DNA of 64,000 bases from Podarcis cretensis (Eukaryota): positions 79,980,001 through 80,044,000 of the forward strand of contig OX638151.1 of the NCBI GenBank assembly GCA_951804945.1, read 5' to 3'. Position 1 is the stretch's first letter. Each line of letters opens with the position of its first letter. The position numbers and the translations under genes are program-made. Below, piece by piece: positions 39,476 to 50,668 of this stretch. Under the pieces are notes generated by a model. It saw only the letters and a program-made list of their open reading frames with translations, made no database searches and was not told the DNA's origin.

Positions 39476-39556
39476 CTAAGTACCTAAGGAGCACCAAGCT
39501 GGATTAGGCCAAAGATTGATCGAGTCCAACATCCTGTTTCTTACAGATGCATCTGC
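39476..39556 (-). mobile_element. CR1 3' terminus fragment
   Basis: GCTGGATTAGGCCAAAG...AGTCCAACATCCTGTT. Confidence 0.5.
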
Positions 39557-40949
39557 AAAACCTACTGGCTCTAACATGATATGTGTATGCGCTTTAACTA
39601 AATATAACAGGATAATGCAGACTGTTTTCCCCTACATTTTGTTCCAAGCATGATGGCAGACTGCAGGATTTTGTTTCCCAGGCTCCCCAAACCAATACAG
39701 AGCCATATGTGGAAGCCGCATCCCATGTGTGAATTGGTCTATTTTGACTGTGCCTTGGCTTAAAACACTCAATGCAACCAAAATGTAGACGTACAAATGC
39801 AGACATGGATTAACATATAATTAACCGCATTTTGACTTCTAGTAAATTGGCTTTTGCTCCATATTTCTGTGATTACACTTGAACTAATTTTGAACCCAGC
39901 TCTTCAAAAAAAAAAAAAAAAAAAAAGCATTATAATGTACGAGCATCTGTACCATTCTGAGGTTCATTTGGGACTTGAGGCATCAAAATGACAATATCTT
40001 TTCCTTGTGATGTTCCTAAACCCAAGTGCAATATTTTTTAAAAAGCAGATAATTACCTGCTAATCTTCAGAAAACGCATCCAGACATCTGAAAGAATCCA
40101 TTATGCCTTTAGGGTCTTTTCTTCCCATACTGTAAATACGATAAATGGCATTGCAAATTCTTTCCCTACAATTCATGTTAAATAGTGAGTGCCATGGAAA
40201 TTATTATCTTGCCATATTGGAAATCCTTCTTATCTTTACATATAATTGGTAGATAGTTTGGTTTAAAATGAATTAAGAATGTAGGGGGAAATAGTTAATT
40301 CTAGCTAAAATAAAGAAGAAAGAGGAATAACTCTTACAAACTCAGAGGTTTGCTTATAAACTAGGTATTTCTACATGTCCCTGTTGTGCTTTAGAATCTG
40401 TGGATTATCCTGTGTTGCATTTGGCAGCATGTATTTATATTTTTGATCACTCAAAGTATTTCAAAATGACACATTCCGATTAGGACATATCCATCCTTAT
40501 AAAACGCATATCCTTTATTGAGCAAGTTTTTAAAAGAGAAGTAATTTGATTCCAAGTGAAAGAGAAGTATTTTGATTCCTTATTACCCACCCAAATAATA
40601 TTTTATTCTTTAAGAGTGCAGATAGAATAATAAAATAAAAGTAGCTACATTTTTTCCCTTGATTTATTTAGCATCCAGCTTGCCCTCCAGCAATAATCAT
40701 CCATTAGTCCTGATACGTTGTATTCAGTCAAACAGATGACATCTTGATTCATCCTTTCTAATGAAACCAGGAGAAAATGTCCTTTAAAAAATAGAGTTGG
40801 GGGGGAGGGACTGGTTTTGCTTAAAATGTTATTGCTTAGAAAAGTGTGTCCTACAGAAGAAGAAAAATGTACATCCTATATAAAAATGAAAATGAACAAT
40901 TTCTACATTTAAAAAATGTATTTTTTATTTTATTTTTTGTTCTCCAGAA

Positions 40950-41217
40950 ATTTATTTCTTTATTTTAACAATGATTACATACCACTTAATGAGGAAAAAA
41001 ACTCTGAAGCTGTTTACATAGAACCATAGACAATGCAATAAAATTAGCAGACATACTAAAATGCAATTTAGTTAAAAATCAACAATTTTAAAACAATTTT
41101 AATGCATGTAATAACATTGCATGACTTTGTAGGTGTGCCTAAACAGAAAAGTTCTTGGTAGATGTCGAAAATAGTACAATGAGGGTATATGCCTAATGTT
41201 AATGGGCAGGAAATTCT
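40950..41217 (-). mobile_element. L2 3' end
   Basis: TTTA tail, ATACCACTTAAT...CTGAAGCTGTTTAC, A-rich UTR, GCCTAATGTTAATGGGCAGGAAATTC. Confidence 0.5.
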
Positions 41218-41572
41218 TCCATCTTATTTAAGGTGGAATTGAACTTTCAAAAATCATCTGCTGGTTCTTTACAAAGCTTTCCACATAATTTGTTTTTATT
41301 CATTCATTTCTTACCCTCCTCACCTTTAATTCCCTCACTAAAACCAACCAGCAAGAGGTATGATCAATTCTTCTTTTCTGGCCCCAGTCAGGACCTGGCC
41401 TCACTGCCTGATTTGTAACTCACACCTTGTTGTCCGCATGTTTCTTTTTCTGCCTTGCTGGTTGTCATTACAATTCTGCATTATATTGCTATATTGTGTT
41501 CATTTCACAATTGTGCATTCTCATTTTGTGATGGCACCTGCTTCCATTCGGAATCCAAATAAAGAATTCTGT

Positions 41573-41574
<2 letters not shown>

Positions 41575-41603
<29 letters not shown>
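41575..41603. repeat. (TG)n microsatellite
   Basis: Directly visible. Confidence 0.95.
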
Positions 41604-41608
<5 letters not shown>

Positions 41609-42057
41609 TCTGCCGTGGACTTCATAGAATTTCTTGTAAGGAGAGAGACAGATGACAGGGACAGGTATAAAGATAAAAAACAACAACACAGATTCCCAAT
41701 CCAGGAGTTGTTTTGAAATAGGAACCCTAGGGAAAGCCATCAAAGCTACATTAAAAAATCCAACATAGACATTTCTGTTAAAGCGCCAAAGCACACTAAT
41801 TTATTTACCTATTTTACGTGATTTATCCGTTCCCCTTTTTAGTCCAAATTCCCAAAGTGCTGTTCAAATAATTATGATATTTCAACATAAAAATATTTTG
41901 ATTAAACAGCAGCACATAAACCATGGACAAAAATCAAATAAAATTGCAAAATGCAGTAAACAACACAGAAGGACTCATTCCCAAAGCAGAACAGAATTGT
42001 TTTGCTAATTTCCCAGATGCCATTAAAGAGAGATATTAAAAAAAAACAAAAAACCCA

Positions 42058-42148
42058 GCAGCCCAACTTTGGGCATGTCTACCCAGAAGTATGTCTAGTT
42101 CAGCTTAATGGGAACCACTCCCTAGTAACTGTATTTAGGATGGCACCA
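42058..42148. mobile_element. Small palindromic MITE remnant
   Basis: CATGTCTACCCAGAAGTA...AATGGGA...TTTAGGATGGCACC; similar copy at 53402-53479. Confidence 0.5.
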
Positions 42149-42337
42149 AAAGCTCTAGAGTTACCTCTCCAAAGGCCACACTTTGTATGGAAGTTGTTTT
42201 GGCTTCCACAGAAGTTTGAACTTGCAAGCAGGACCTCATTACCTGGAATATGGATCGATCACGGAATCTCTGTGGATAGTGAATCCCTTCTGCTGAACCA
42301 GGCCCTAAATTTATATAAGCCTTCCTGATCCACTCTG

Positions 42338-42554
42338 CAGTGGTACCTCGGGTTACAACACCTCAGGTTACAGACTCAGATAACCCAGAAGTAGTACCTC
42401 GGGTTAAGAACTTTACCTCAGGATGGGAACAGAAAATGCATGGCAGTAGCAGCGGGAGGCCCCATTAGCCAAAGTGGTACCTCAGGTTAAGAACAGTTTC
42501 AGGTTAAGAACAGACCTCCAGAACGAATTAAGTTCGTAACCAGAGGTACCACTG
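42338..42554. mobile_element. Tc1/mariner (Tigger-like) MITE
   Basis: 19-bp TIR CAGTGGTACCTCGGGTTAC / GTAACCAGAGGTACCACTG; TA on the right, TG on the left; internal repeats of GTACCTC.GGTTAAGAAC. Confidence 0.9.
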
Positions 42555-43872
42555 TATATACTTTCATGAAATTCCCCATGGTCAACTATTATCTCCCCCA
42601 TTGGCTCTCCATGCTGCTTTTTTGCACAAATAAAATTGCTTCTTCCCCACCCAGAAGGGCAGCTTGGGGGGGGAGGAGAGAAAGGACAAATGTGCTTTTG
42701 TCTTGGAATCTTCCATACAAATTAAAGTGCCCATTACCCATATGACAGTAATAAGTAGTCCTTCGTTTTCTATTGACTGGCGCATAACTTCCCTTGTTAC
42801 CAGGAGTGATGTTCATATGCTCCTTGCACAGGCACTTGGCTCTGAAGGGATTCTGCTGTGGAGAAATGAACTCCGTTAATATTCTTGCAGAAAAGAAAAA
42901 TTACAATACTCCGCTGTGCTACTAGAGCATGACTACACTCAGAGATGGAATCCAATGCTAGACCTCGGAGTTTAGACTTTTTGATCTTCAGTGGAAGTGC
43001 TGGTTGTTCTTTCAAGTTCCTTGCAGCAGCTGAAACAAACCTTTGAAAGTCCTATTTGCCCTGCATGAAAGGATTGCCTGTAACAAACGCTGTTGAATTC
43101 TGCATGTGCTTGTTTCTTGCAGTGGAACTGTCACACTCTTTTGTTTACTCCCTTCAAAAGTAACCATTTCAAAAGTAGTACATCCAAGTATCTGTTGCTG
43201 CCCTCTCCTTAAGAAATTTTAAAGTGCATTGCCTTTTTTTATATTAGGGAAAATGTGATAGCAAAACGTGCTTCTCTCATTTATCAGTATTTCTGTGTTT
43301 TCCACAATACACAGCATTAAGGGGAGAGAACTCTAAAGTTACTTAGACATGGAATTAGTCACGCCATTCCTGTGTTGTAAGTCATTATCCAGTGAAGCAT
43401 CAGAACCCATATCATAGCCTACTGCTATATTAAAAAGAGGGATAAATCAGGCTGTTTTACAGTCTGTATCTGTTTCACATGTATTTTTCCATCCCATTTC
43501 TGCATTACTGTAAATTTTTATTTAATTCGTACAATTTTTTCTCAATATGTATTTCAATAAATGTTTTCAAATTTATTTTATGTATGTCACAAAATACAAA
43601 TTGATATTTCCCCCCTAAAATGTGAATTGTTATAAACATTCTGGGGTGTGCACCTCTCTCTCCCTGTATGTGTAGTGTCTGTGTGTTTGCAAAGAATGAA
43701 TTCTGCAAGCATCACTAATCAAATGCCATAGGATCAAACTATCATGGCTTCCTACATCATAGCAACAAATTACTCTATCAACATCCTAAAAGGCACCCAC
43801 CCCCATTCCCAATTATCTGTGCAGGTTTGAGGATATGTTAGGGAAAGGAGGCGATTTTCATTCCCATTTTTA

Positions 43873-44427
43873 TTTTTTTAAAAAATAATTTTTTATTAAG
43901 GTTTTAAAGATTACAGAAAAAAAGAAAATAATAACAATCAATAATAAAAAAAATCAAAAACCAGAAAACAGAAGAAAAAAGATTAAAAAAAATCAAACCT
44001 GTACATCACTTGCTTACATTCACTTATTTCCTTGACCTCCTCACACCTCCCATTTTTGTATTCTAATTCAATTTGTTATTTCAGCAAATCCTTCCAACCT
44101 TATTTTTATCTTAATAATTTGTCTTAATATACTATAATTTTATTCTCTCTTTCACCAACTCATTTTTACTTAATCCTTTATGTCATTTCTACTAAAAGCA
44201 CATAATTTCCTTTTCCCAACATCTTTCTAACAATCCTTAATTTTGCAATATTTTTGAAGATAAACTTTAAATTTTTTCCAATATTCTTCCACCGACTCTT
44301 CTCCTTGGTCCCAGATTCTGCCAGTCATCTCAGCCAGTTCCATGTACTCCATCACCTTCATCTGCCATTCTTCCCGGGTGGGTAGATCTTGTGTCTTCCA
44401 ATACTTTGCGATGAGTATTCTTGCTGC
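43873..44427 (-). mobile_element. 5'-truncated L1 with TSD
   Basis: AARILIAKYWKTQDLPTREEWQMKVMEYMELAEMTG...WKKFKVYLQKY* resembles the squamate L1 ORF2 C-terminus; A-rich tail; 14-bp TSD CATTCCCATTTTTA at 43859-43872 and 44428-44441. Confidence 0.9.
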
Positions 44428-45047
44428 CATTCCCATTTTTAAATAACCAATCACAAAGAAATCAGAAAAGCACAGTAATGAAACTGTAAAACTTTTCTTG
44501 AATTGTCTTGAAATAAATGCTGATTTCATCAAAATATTTGTTCCTGTTGGATTTTTTTTTAAGTCTTCCATTGCTTTATTGAATTTTAATTCAACTATCA
44601 GTCGTTTCATATAATAGCTTTCACTGGAATTTTCTGTTTGGCTGAATGATATATTCTATTATGCATTGCTTACATAAAATGTACTGCACAATATACCAAT
44701 CACAAAACATTAGCCTTTTGTCATTAAAAAGTACCATGAAATGTTTATTTTGGGGTGGATGAATTTAATTGACAGGTATCTTTACTTTCACTAAAAGAAA
44801 TGAAATCTCAGATTTTAACCACTGTAACACAGAGCAATATCTGAGGCTTGCCTTATCTAATCTCCATAACATCCCACATCTGCACCACATATTTATTTCC
44901 TCTCCTACGGACTAATTCTCTTCATAATATTTTTTTCCCTGTTTTCTAACCAGTACTTGAGCAAAACAATTATTTTCCTGGCCAACTTGTAAAAACAGCA
45001 GGATATAGATACAGAGATAGAGATAGGAAGACTCTTCTTCATTTCAC

Positions 45048-45128
45048 CTTCGTAGAATACAAATGTGTCTATTCTGGATTTCTTTTCCTCAGCGGTAGGC
45101 TCACTGGTCATTTTGTCCAAATCCATGC
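45048..45128 (-). CDS. Candidate isolated internal exon (81 nt, phase 1-1), product unknown
   Basis: Pyrimidine-rich tract then TTTTCAG|G and AAG|GTGAAA donor; one open frame MDLDKMTSEPTAEEKKSRIDTFVFYE; no recognised homology. Confidence 0.2.
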
Positions 45129-45674
45129 CTGAAAATGTGCATCAGTACACCAGGGAAGGGAATACAGAAATGATGACTGGAGGAAAGGAGTCGTGGTTTC
45201 ATTTTTTTTTCTTTTTTACTGGAGCAAATAAAATACACCAAAAGTGGAGCAATAGGTGGCTGAAAGCCTGGCTAAACAGCTTTAAATAAGTTTCTTTCCT
45301 TTTTTTTAATGTTCGGCGTTGTGTGTGAGCAAACAACAAAATTCACCTCACATATGTATGGGAAACACTTTTAATAAAGGACTTTGTTCAAGCTTATTTC
45401 ATTACTTCTTTCTCTCTTTTTTTGGTGATGGTGTGAAGTGTGAATTAAGTTGAATACAAAAGACTTCCACTGCACTGAATTACCTGTTTCACCTTGAAAA
45501 GCCACACAAAATGAAGCTCTTAAAGCCTTTTGAAAATGACCTTTTTCCTCAGCAATGATTTATCTTTCCCCCCTCAAAATCCCTTTTACAAAAGGGAGTA
45601 TGATTAAAGGAAGCCAAGCAGCACAAACACTGGCTGAAGATCCCGCTTATCAGGAACTCACTTGACAATGTATG

Positions 45675-45926
45675 NNNNNNNNNNNNNNNNNNNNNNNNNN
45701 NNNNNNNNNNNNNNNNNNNNNNNNNNNNNNNNNNNNNNNNNNNNNNNNNNNNNNNNNNNNNNNNNNNNNNNNNNNNNNNNNNNNNNNNNNNNNNNNNNNN
45801 NNNNNNNNNNNNNNNNNNNNNNNNNNNNNNNNNNNNNNNNNNNNNNNNNNNNNNNNNNNNNNNNNNNNNNNNNNNNNNNNNNNNNNNNNNNNNNNNNNNN
45901 NNNNNNNNNNNNNNNNNNNNNNNNNN
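45675..45926. other. Assembly gap (252 N)
   Basis: Run of n. Confidence 1.
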
Positions 45927-46204
45927 CCAAGGATCACAAGTTGTTCTGGGTGACTGGGCTCAGGACATGCTTAAAAGAAAGCAGCCGGCCTCCTGCTGTC
46001 GTTAAGATCGCTTCATTTTCTCCCTGCTCTCTATTCACTGGGAACAAGTGAATGAAGACTTGGGGAATAGGGAAAGGCGGAGGGGGGGAGTCATTTAGGA
46101 AAAGGGACCTGAAGCACTTCCACAAGGAGATACGTGCTCCAAGTCAAGGCCTGCTTGACCTGAGTTTCTCATGAAGGGCTGAGTTTATTTTTTAAGTGAG
46201 GACA

Positions 46205-46250
<46 letters not shown>
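46205..46250. repeat. (TTA)n microsatellite
   Basis: Directly visible. Confidence 0.95.
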
Positions 46251-46294
46251 TAAAAAAGAGAGAGGCTAGAGCTGTCTTTAAAAAAAAAATGCAT

Positions 46295-46580
46295 GATGGC
46301 AGACCTGTCATTGGCATGTCTTTCTGCCTTGGGTCCCTGTGAAGTGTTTACTTTGAAAAGGCAGCACACCAGCCGATTAAATAAAACGGGAGCACTCCTT
46401 GTCTCACAAGGGGGAATCGTGGAGACAGCTTTATTACTTCTGTCAGAGAACAAAGGTTTTTCCCAGCATGCAGGGGATTATTAGGCCAGCAGCAAATAAA
46501 CGGAATTCACAACGTCAAAGCTTCAGATGTGTCTAAGGAGCAGATGAGGGGCGAATCCATAATTGATTTCTCTGCTGATA
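46295..46580. promoter_or_regulatory. Putative conserved non-coding element/enhancer
   Basis: Repeat-free and CpG-retaining; CTGTCA (MEIS) x2, TGTTTAC (FOX), CTTTGAA (TCF), AACAAAG (SOX), TAATTG (homeodomain). Confidence 0.4.
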
Positions 46581-46640
46581 TGTGTGTGTGTGTGTGTGTG
46601 TGTGCCCGCACGCGGGCACACACACACACACACACACACA
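46581..46640. repeat. Perfect palindrome (TG)12-CCCGC-AC-GCGGG-(CA)12
   Basis: 29-bp arms, 2-nt loop. Confidence 0.95.
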
Positions 46641-48009
46641 CTTAAAAAATAAAACTATGTGGCCATTATTACAGAATCTGGTTTTACTCTTGCCAGCAAG
46701 CACGGTTTCATTTAGATGCTAATGTTATGACTGAATAAGATCACTCATTTGGAAAGGCTATGGCTTGTCCATGTGTTGCCCATATTATACATCTATACTA
46801 CGCAGGTTTGAAAGAGCTTATTTCCTTTCAGGAAATAAAAGAAATGCTGCTTACCTTGTTTTGTGATGAAAGATGGCAGCTTATTGGGTGGTGAAGGGTG
46901 GAGGGAAGCATAAGAGGAAATGAAAGTGTATGGTCAAGATCAAAAGAAGGACTTGGGCATGCCCAGTCACATCGTAATGGTTATTCCCTTCCAGCTTTTC
47001 TTTAAGGAGCAGGCAATCCACTCACCCCGTGGCATACCAAAACCTCTTTGAAAGTTTTTAAAGTAGATTGCCACGTGGTGTGGAAAGAGCACCTATTTAA
47101 CAAATAAAAGCCCATAGAACTCCTGGGCGTACAGAATGATTTGAGAAGTTTCTTGGATCCCATCCCACAAATTTAATTAATTGGCTACTTATTTATTGCT
47201 ATTTATTGTTCCATTTTGGCAATGGTTCTATTTCCCTATTTTGAGACACATATCCATTGCTTTTAATATATTCCTTAATCCTATTAATCTTCTTTGCAAC
47301 GTGTATGACACTCTCGGCTTATTATTGTTGTTGATGTTGACGTTAAGCTTCAGTTCTGTAACAACTTACGCGGAAGAAAACTCCACTGAATTCAGTGGGT
47401 AGATGTGTGTAGGTGTATAATGATTGCACTGTAAGTATTCCAGTAATTTCAAACAAATACGCCTGCATGTGAATTCAACAATGAAATGGGATACAAAGCA
47501 AGAGAGATGGTGAATGCAATAAAACAGTTGGGAGAGGGCAAGTGGCATAGCCCATGACTGGTATGCAGAATATTGCAGAACAGCATCTCCAGTTAAAGGA
47601 GCTGAGAAAAATTCCTGCCAGAGACCCTGCATTGTGGCTGCCAATGTCAGAGCAATGTTGGGGTAGCTGGACCAATTATCCATCCTTCATATATTAAAAA
47701 TATTTTTCTCCTTTTAACAGGTAAAAATGCAGTACCCCACGGGAAGGAGTGAGCTAAAAGGGGTTTGCATATACTCATTTTGTTCAGAGCTACCATATCT
47801 ATTGTTATGATTCTTATTTTTTAATCTGCTTTCAAGTCTGTGACTGTGGGGGACACTCCTTCCATGACCAAGAGAGCTAAGTGAATAGGCATGTCCTTCT
47901 ATTTCACTGCAGGAGTGACATTGTGGAGTGGTGGGAAATGAAACCGTTTGTGCCTCGTCAGTCTCAGAAGCCTCCAGCCTCACCTCTGAGATGTTCCCAA
48001 ACTTATCCT

Positions 48010-48830
48010 CCCAGTGAGTTGCAAGGGTGTGAAATGACCTCCGCGAGGTATCCGTTGGGCCATTTAACTATCCCCATTTCCCACCTGCCCATCGCATTAA
48101 TGATATTCACGGGCAGGAGGTCAGATGGGGAAAATAAGTATTAAGAGAGATTTATTGGCCAGTTAAGTACACATTTTTGTCCTTAACCGCACTTACTCAC
48201 TGAAGCGGACAAGAGCACCTGGCAGAAAGCGATGGCAGGCTGTTTCGCTGAGAACACACACAAGTTACTGAGTAACCAGGGCTGCTAATGAATTGGTTTG
48301 CCTTTACAGTGTAGCTGTGGTGCATGTCAGATTCTACGCAGTGCCTACTAATAGATCTGATTTTCTTGCACTGGGGATCACAACACGCAGAAGCGCAGGC
48401 AATAGGTTGGAATTTCTCAAGCTCCAATTTTGCAAAGGTCATCGGCTGTTTAGAGCTGCCAGTGCGCTAAGCTGTAAAGTAATCCCAGCATTCATAATGA
48501 GCAGTGCTTGCTAGTCAACAGCATGTCAATATACATTTTTTAAAAAATAAAAAAGGACCTTGGTTGCTGTTACAAGGCTGAATTACTTGGACCTGATCCT
48601 GCTTTATCAGATCAATGGACGTTTTGCTTTTCACTTGAATAGGTGGAGCGGGATAAGCCCTGAGGGCCTGGCATTGGTGCCAACGTCTTTTGTTTCGCCC
48701 AAGATTTGCACCCATGATGGAATTTGCCTGTCTTTGACACCTGCAATTAATTGTCAGCCTCAAAGACACCCAGTTAAAGAGCCCTTAAAACCCAGCCTCT
48801 GACATGTAATTTAAATCATCATCATCATCA
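48010..48830. promoter_or_regulatory. Putative conserved non-coding element cluster
   Basis: Repeat-free with many CpGs; AAAGGTCA (48434), GATAAG abutting GCCCTGAGGGC (AP-2, 48657), TGACACCT, CAATTAATTG, TTTATTGG. Confidence 0.45.
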
Positions 48831-50303
48831 TAATGAGCTTTTGCTGCTCACTCAAGCAATCTTACATACTGTTCCTTTCTGTTCTCTGTGTTACGACAAC
48901 TTTCAAGGAGCTTGCCATTTGAACAGAATAGACGACATCTTGCAATTCTTAGTTATGTTGGAGAAAGGCACATTTGATCTCTAAGCAGATTTCTAACTGC
49001 TTTGTGCACGCAGAGTCACAGACCCAGGGGGAACCTGCTTTTCCACCCCTTTTACCCAAGTTGCTGTTTTAACTACTGCCAATGCCTCTTACTGTTCTCA
49101 ACACTCCATTGCATTTTTACAAGTGCCAGGAGACCTGAGCCTGAGATTACGCAAGGGCACAAAGGAGAAGCAGAAGCATTGAGAGTATGCTTGTTAGGGC
49201 AAGTATTTGGAGCTGAGATATACAGTGGATGCTCACAGGCTATATTGCACCAGTGTAGTCTTCTTGGACTCCACTCTTAGCAGAAGCAGCAAATCTTATC
49301 TGTTTTCTCTCCCGGTCCCCACTGATAAAAGAAATGGCAGTGTCATGCAAGACCCTGCCACATCACACATCCTTGGAACATGGGCTGCTTCCTGCACTTC
49401 CTTTTGCATGCCAAAGTGAGCATGGTTCCACTTTGGTCCTGTTTATAATTTGATGTATCTGCAGCTCACACTGTTAAAATAAAGCAAGGATGGGATTCCT
49501 GAGCTCTAGATTGATACTTTTCTCCTTCTCAGCAAACGTCTGCTTTTGGTAGCGATCTGTGGAGGGCTGGTTTCAGGCTTGAGTGAGCCATCAGCATGAT
49601 GCTGTTGATTACCTCCCTCTGGTGCCACCACTGATCAGGCACAACACCACAAGAGGCCTCTGCAAGCTAGTGATTGTAACCTTCCCCACGTGAACTTTGC
49701 TGGCACAGCATCAACTCTGATCAGCGCAGGGTGGCTACAAGTTTTGAGTTCTCCCGAGGCAATGCCGTCTTAATGCTGTGAGACGTTGCATTGTGGGAAA
49801 CTGAAAGTGGTGACCTTCCAGCATTGGCAGTGTCCTAGAAGCAGTGGAAGCACAGGAGACCTTGCAACTACGCTGGTCAGCAACACAGCTGGAAGGAGGC
49901 TGATTGGCAGTGCCCACAGATGAATGATCTGTCAAGGCAGATGTCAGTACCGCTGGATGTTGCCAAGGCACTTGAGAATGCTGAGTACTGATGGTAGGCC
50001 TGATTCCTTCCTCACTTTAGATCACAGATTTTGCTAATGTTGTAGATTTAAAAAAATAAAAATAAAAGACTGCAACATTTTTATTTAATTTTATATAAAT
50101 TTATAACTTTAAAAGGTGGAACATTTGATAGATATACACATTCATTTTGAAGCTTTTTAAGTGTCCATTTAAGTTTCCTTTTTTTACAGGGGGAGTGGGG
50201 TTGGCTCATTGTGTGACAAAGATTTCCCTAAGTAAAATCTCTAAATAAAAATCACCAATATAGACTATGCAACGTATGAAAGCAAAAGTATAAATGTCTA
50301 TAC

Positions 50304-50668
50304 CAGGGATGTCTAACAGGTCGATCACGATCTACTGGTAGATCCTCATGAGGTTTTGGTAGATTGTGGTCGATCTCTGGCTCCCTTTCCTTAGTGTCAC
50401 TAAAACTGACTCCTGCCCCGCCCCCTCGCCCCTCCCTCCATTGTTGTATGATCTCTGGAAGGGAAGACGGAGTTTTCTCTGCGCTGCTGTTTTGATCCAT
50501 AGCAATCTTTTTGTGAGTGACTTTACCCCTTTGTCCCTTGCCTTCAACCCCCTCAATAACGGAACTCTCCCCCTAAAGCTTTTTTTAACCCCTAAAAAAG
50601 GGGGTAGATCACTGCTGCTTTTTAATTCTGAAAGTAGATCACAGTCTCTTGAGAGTTGGCCACCCCTG
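50304..50668. mobile_element. hAT MITE with perfect 8-bp TSD
   Basis: TSD GTCTATAC at 50296-50303 and 50669-50676; TIR CAGGGATGTCTAAC / GTTGGCCACCCCTG; subterminal GTAGATC/GATCTAC repeats. Confidence 0.92.

Noticed and set aside
42338-42554. Repeat-spacer-like pattern GTACCTC.GGTTAAGAAC
   Set aside because: Internal TIR-derived repeats of a Tc1/mariner MITE in a eukaryote; not an array system
44227-44610. 127-aa ORF as a gene
   Set aside because: Fusion of flanking DNA with the L1 ORF2 end across the TSD
45650-46051. ORFs containing X runs
   Set aside because: Artefacts of the N gap
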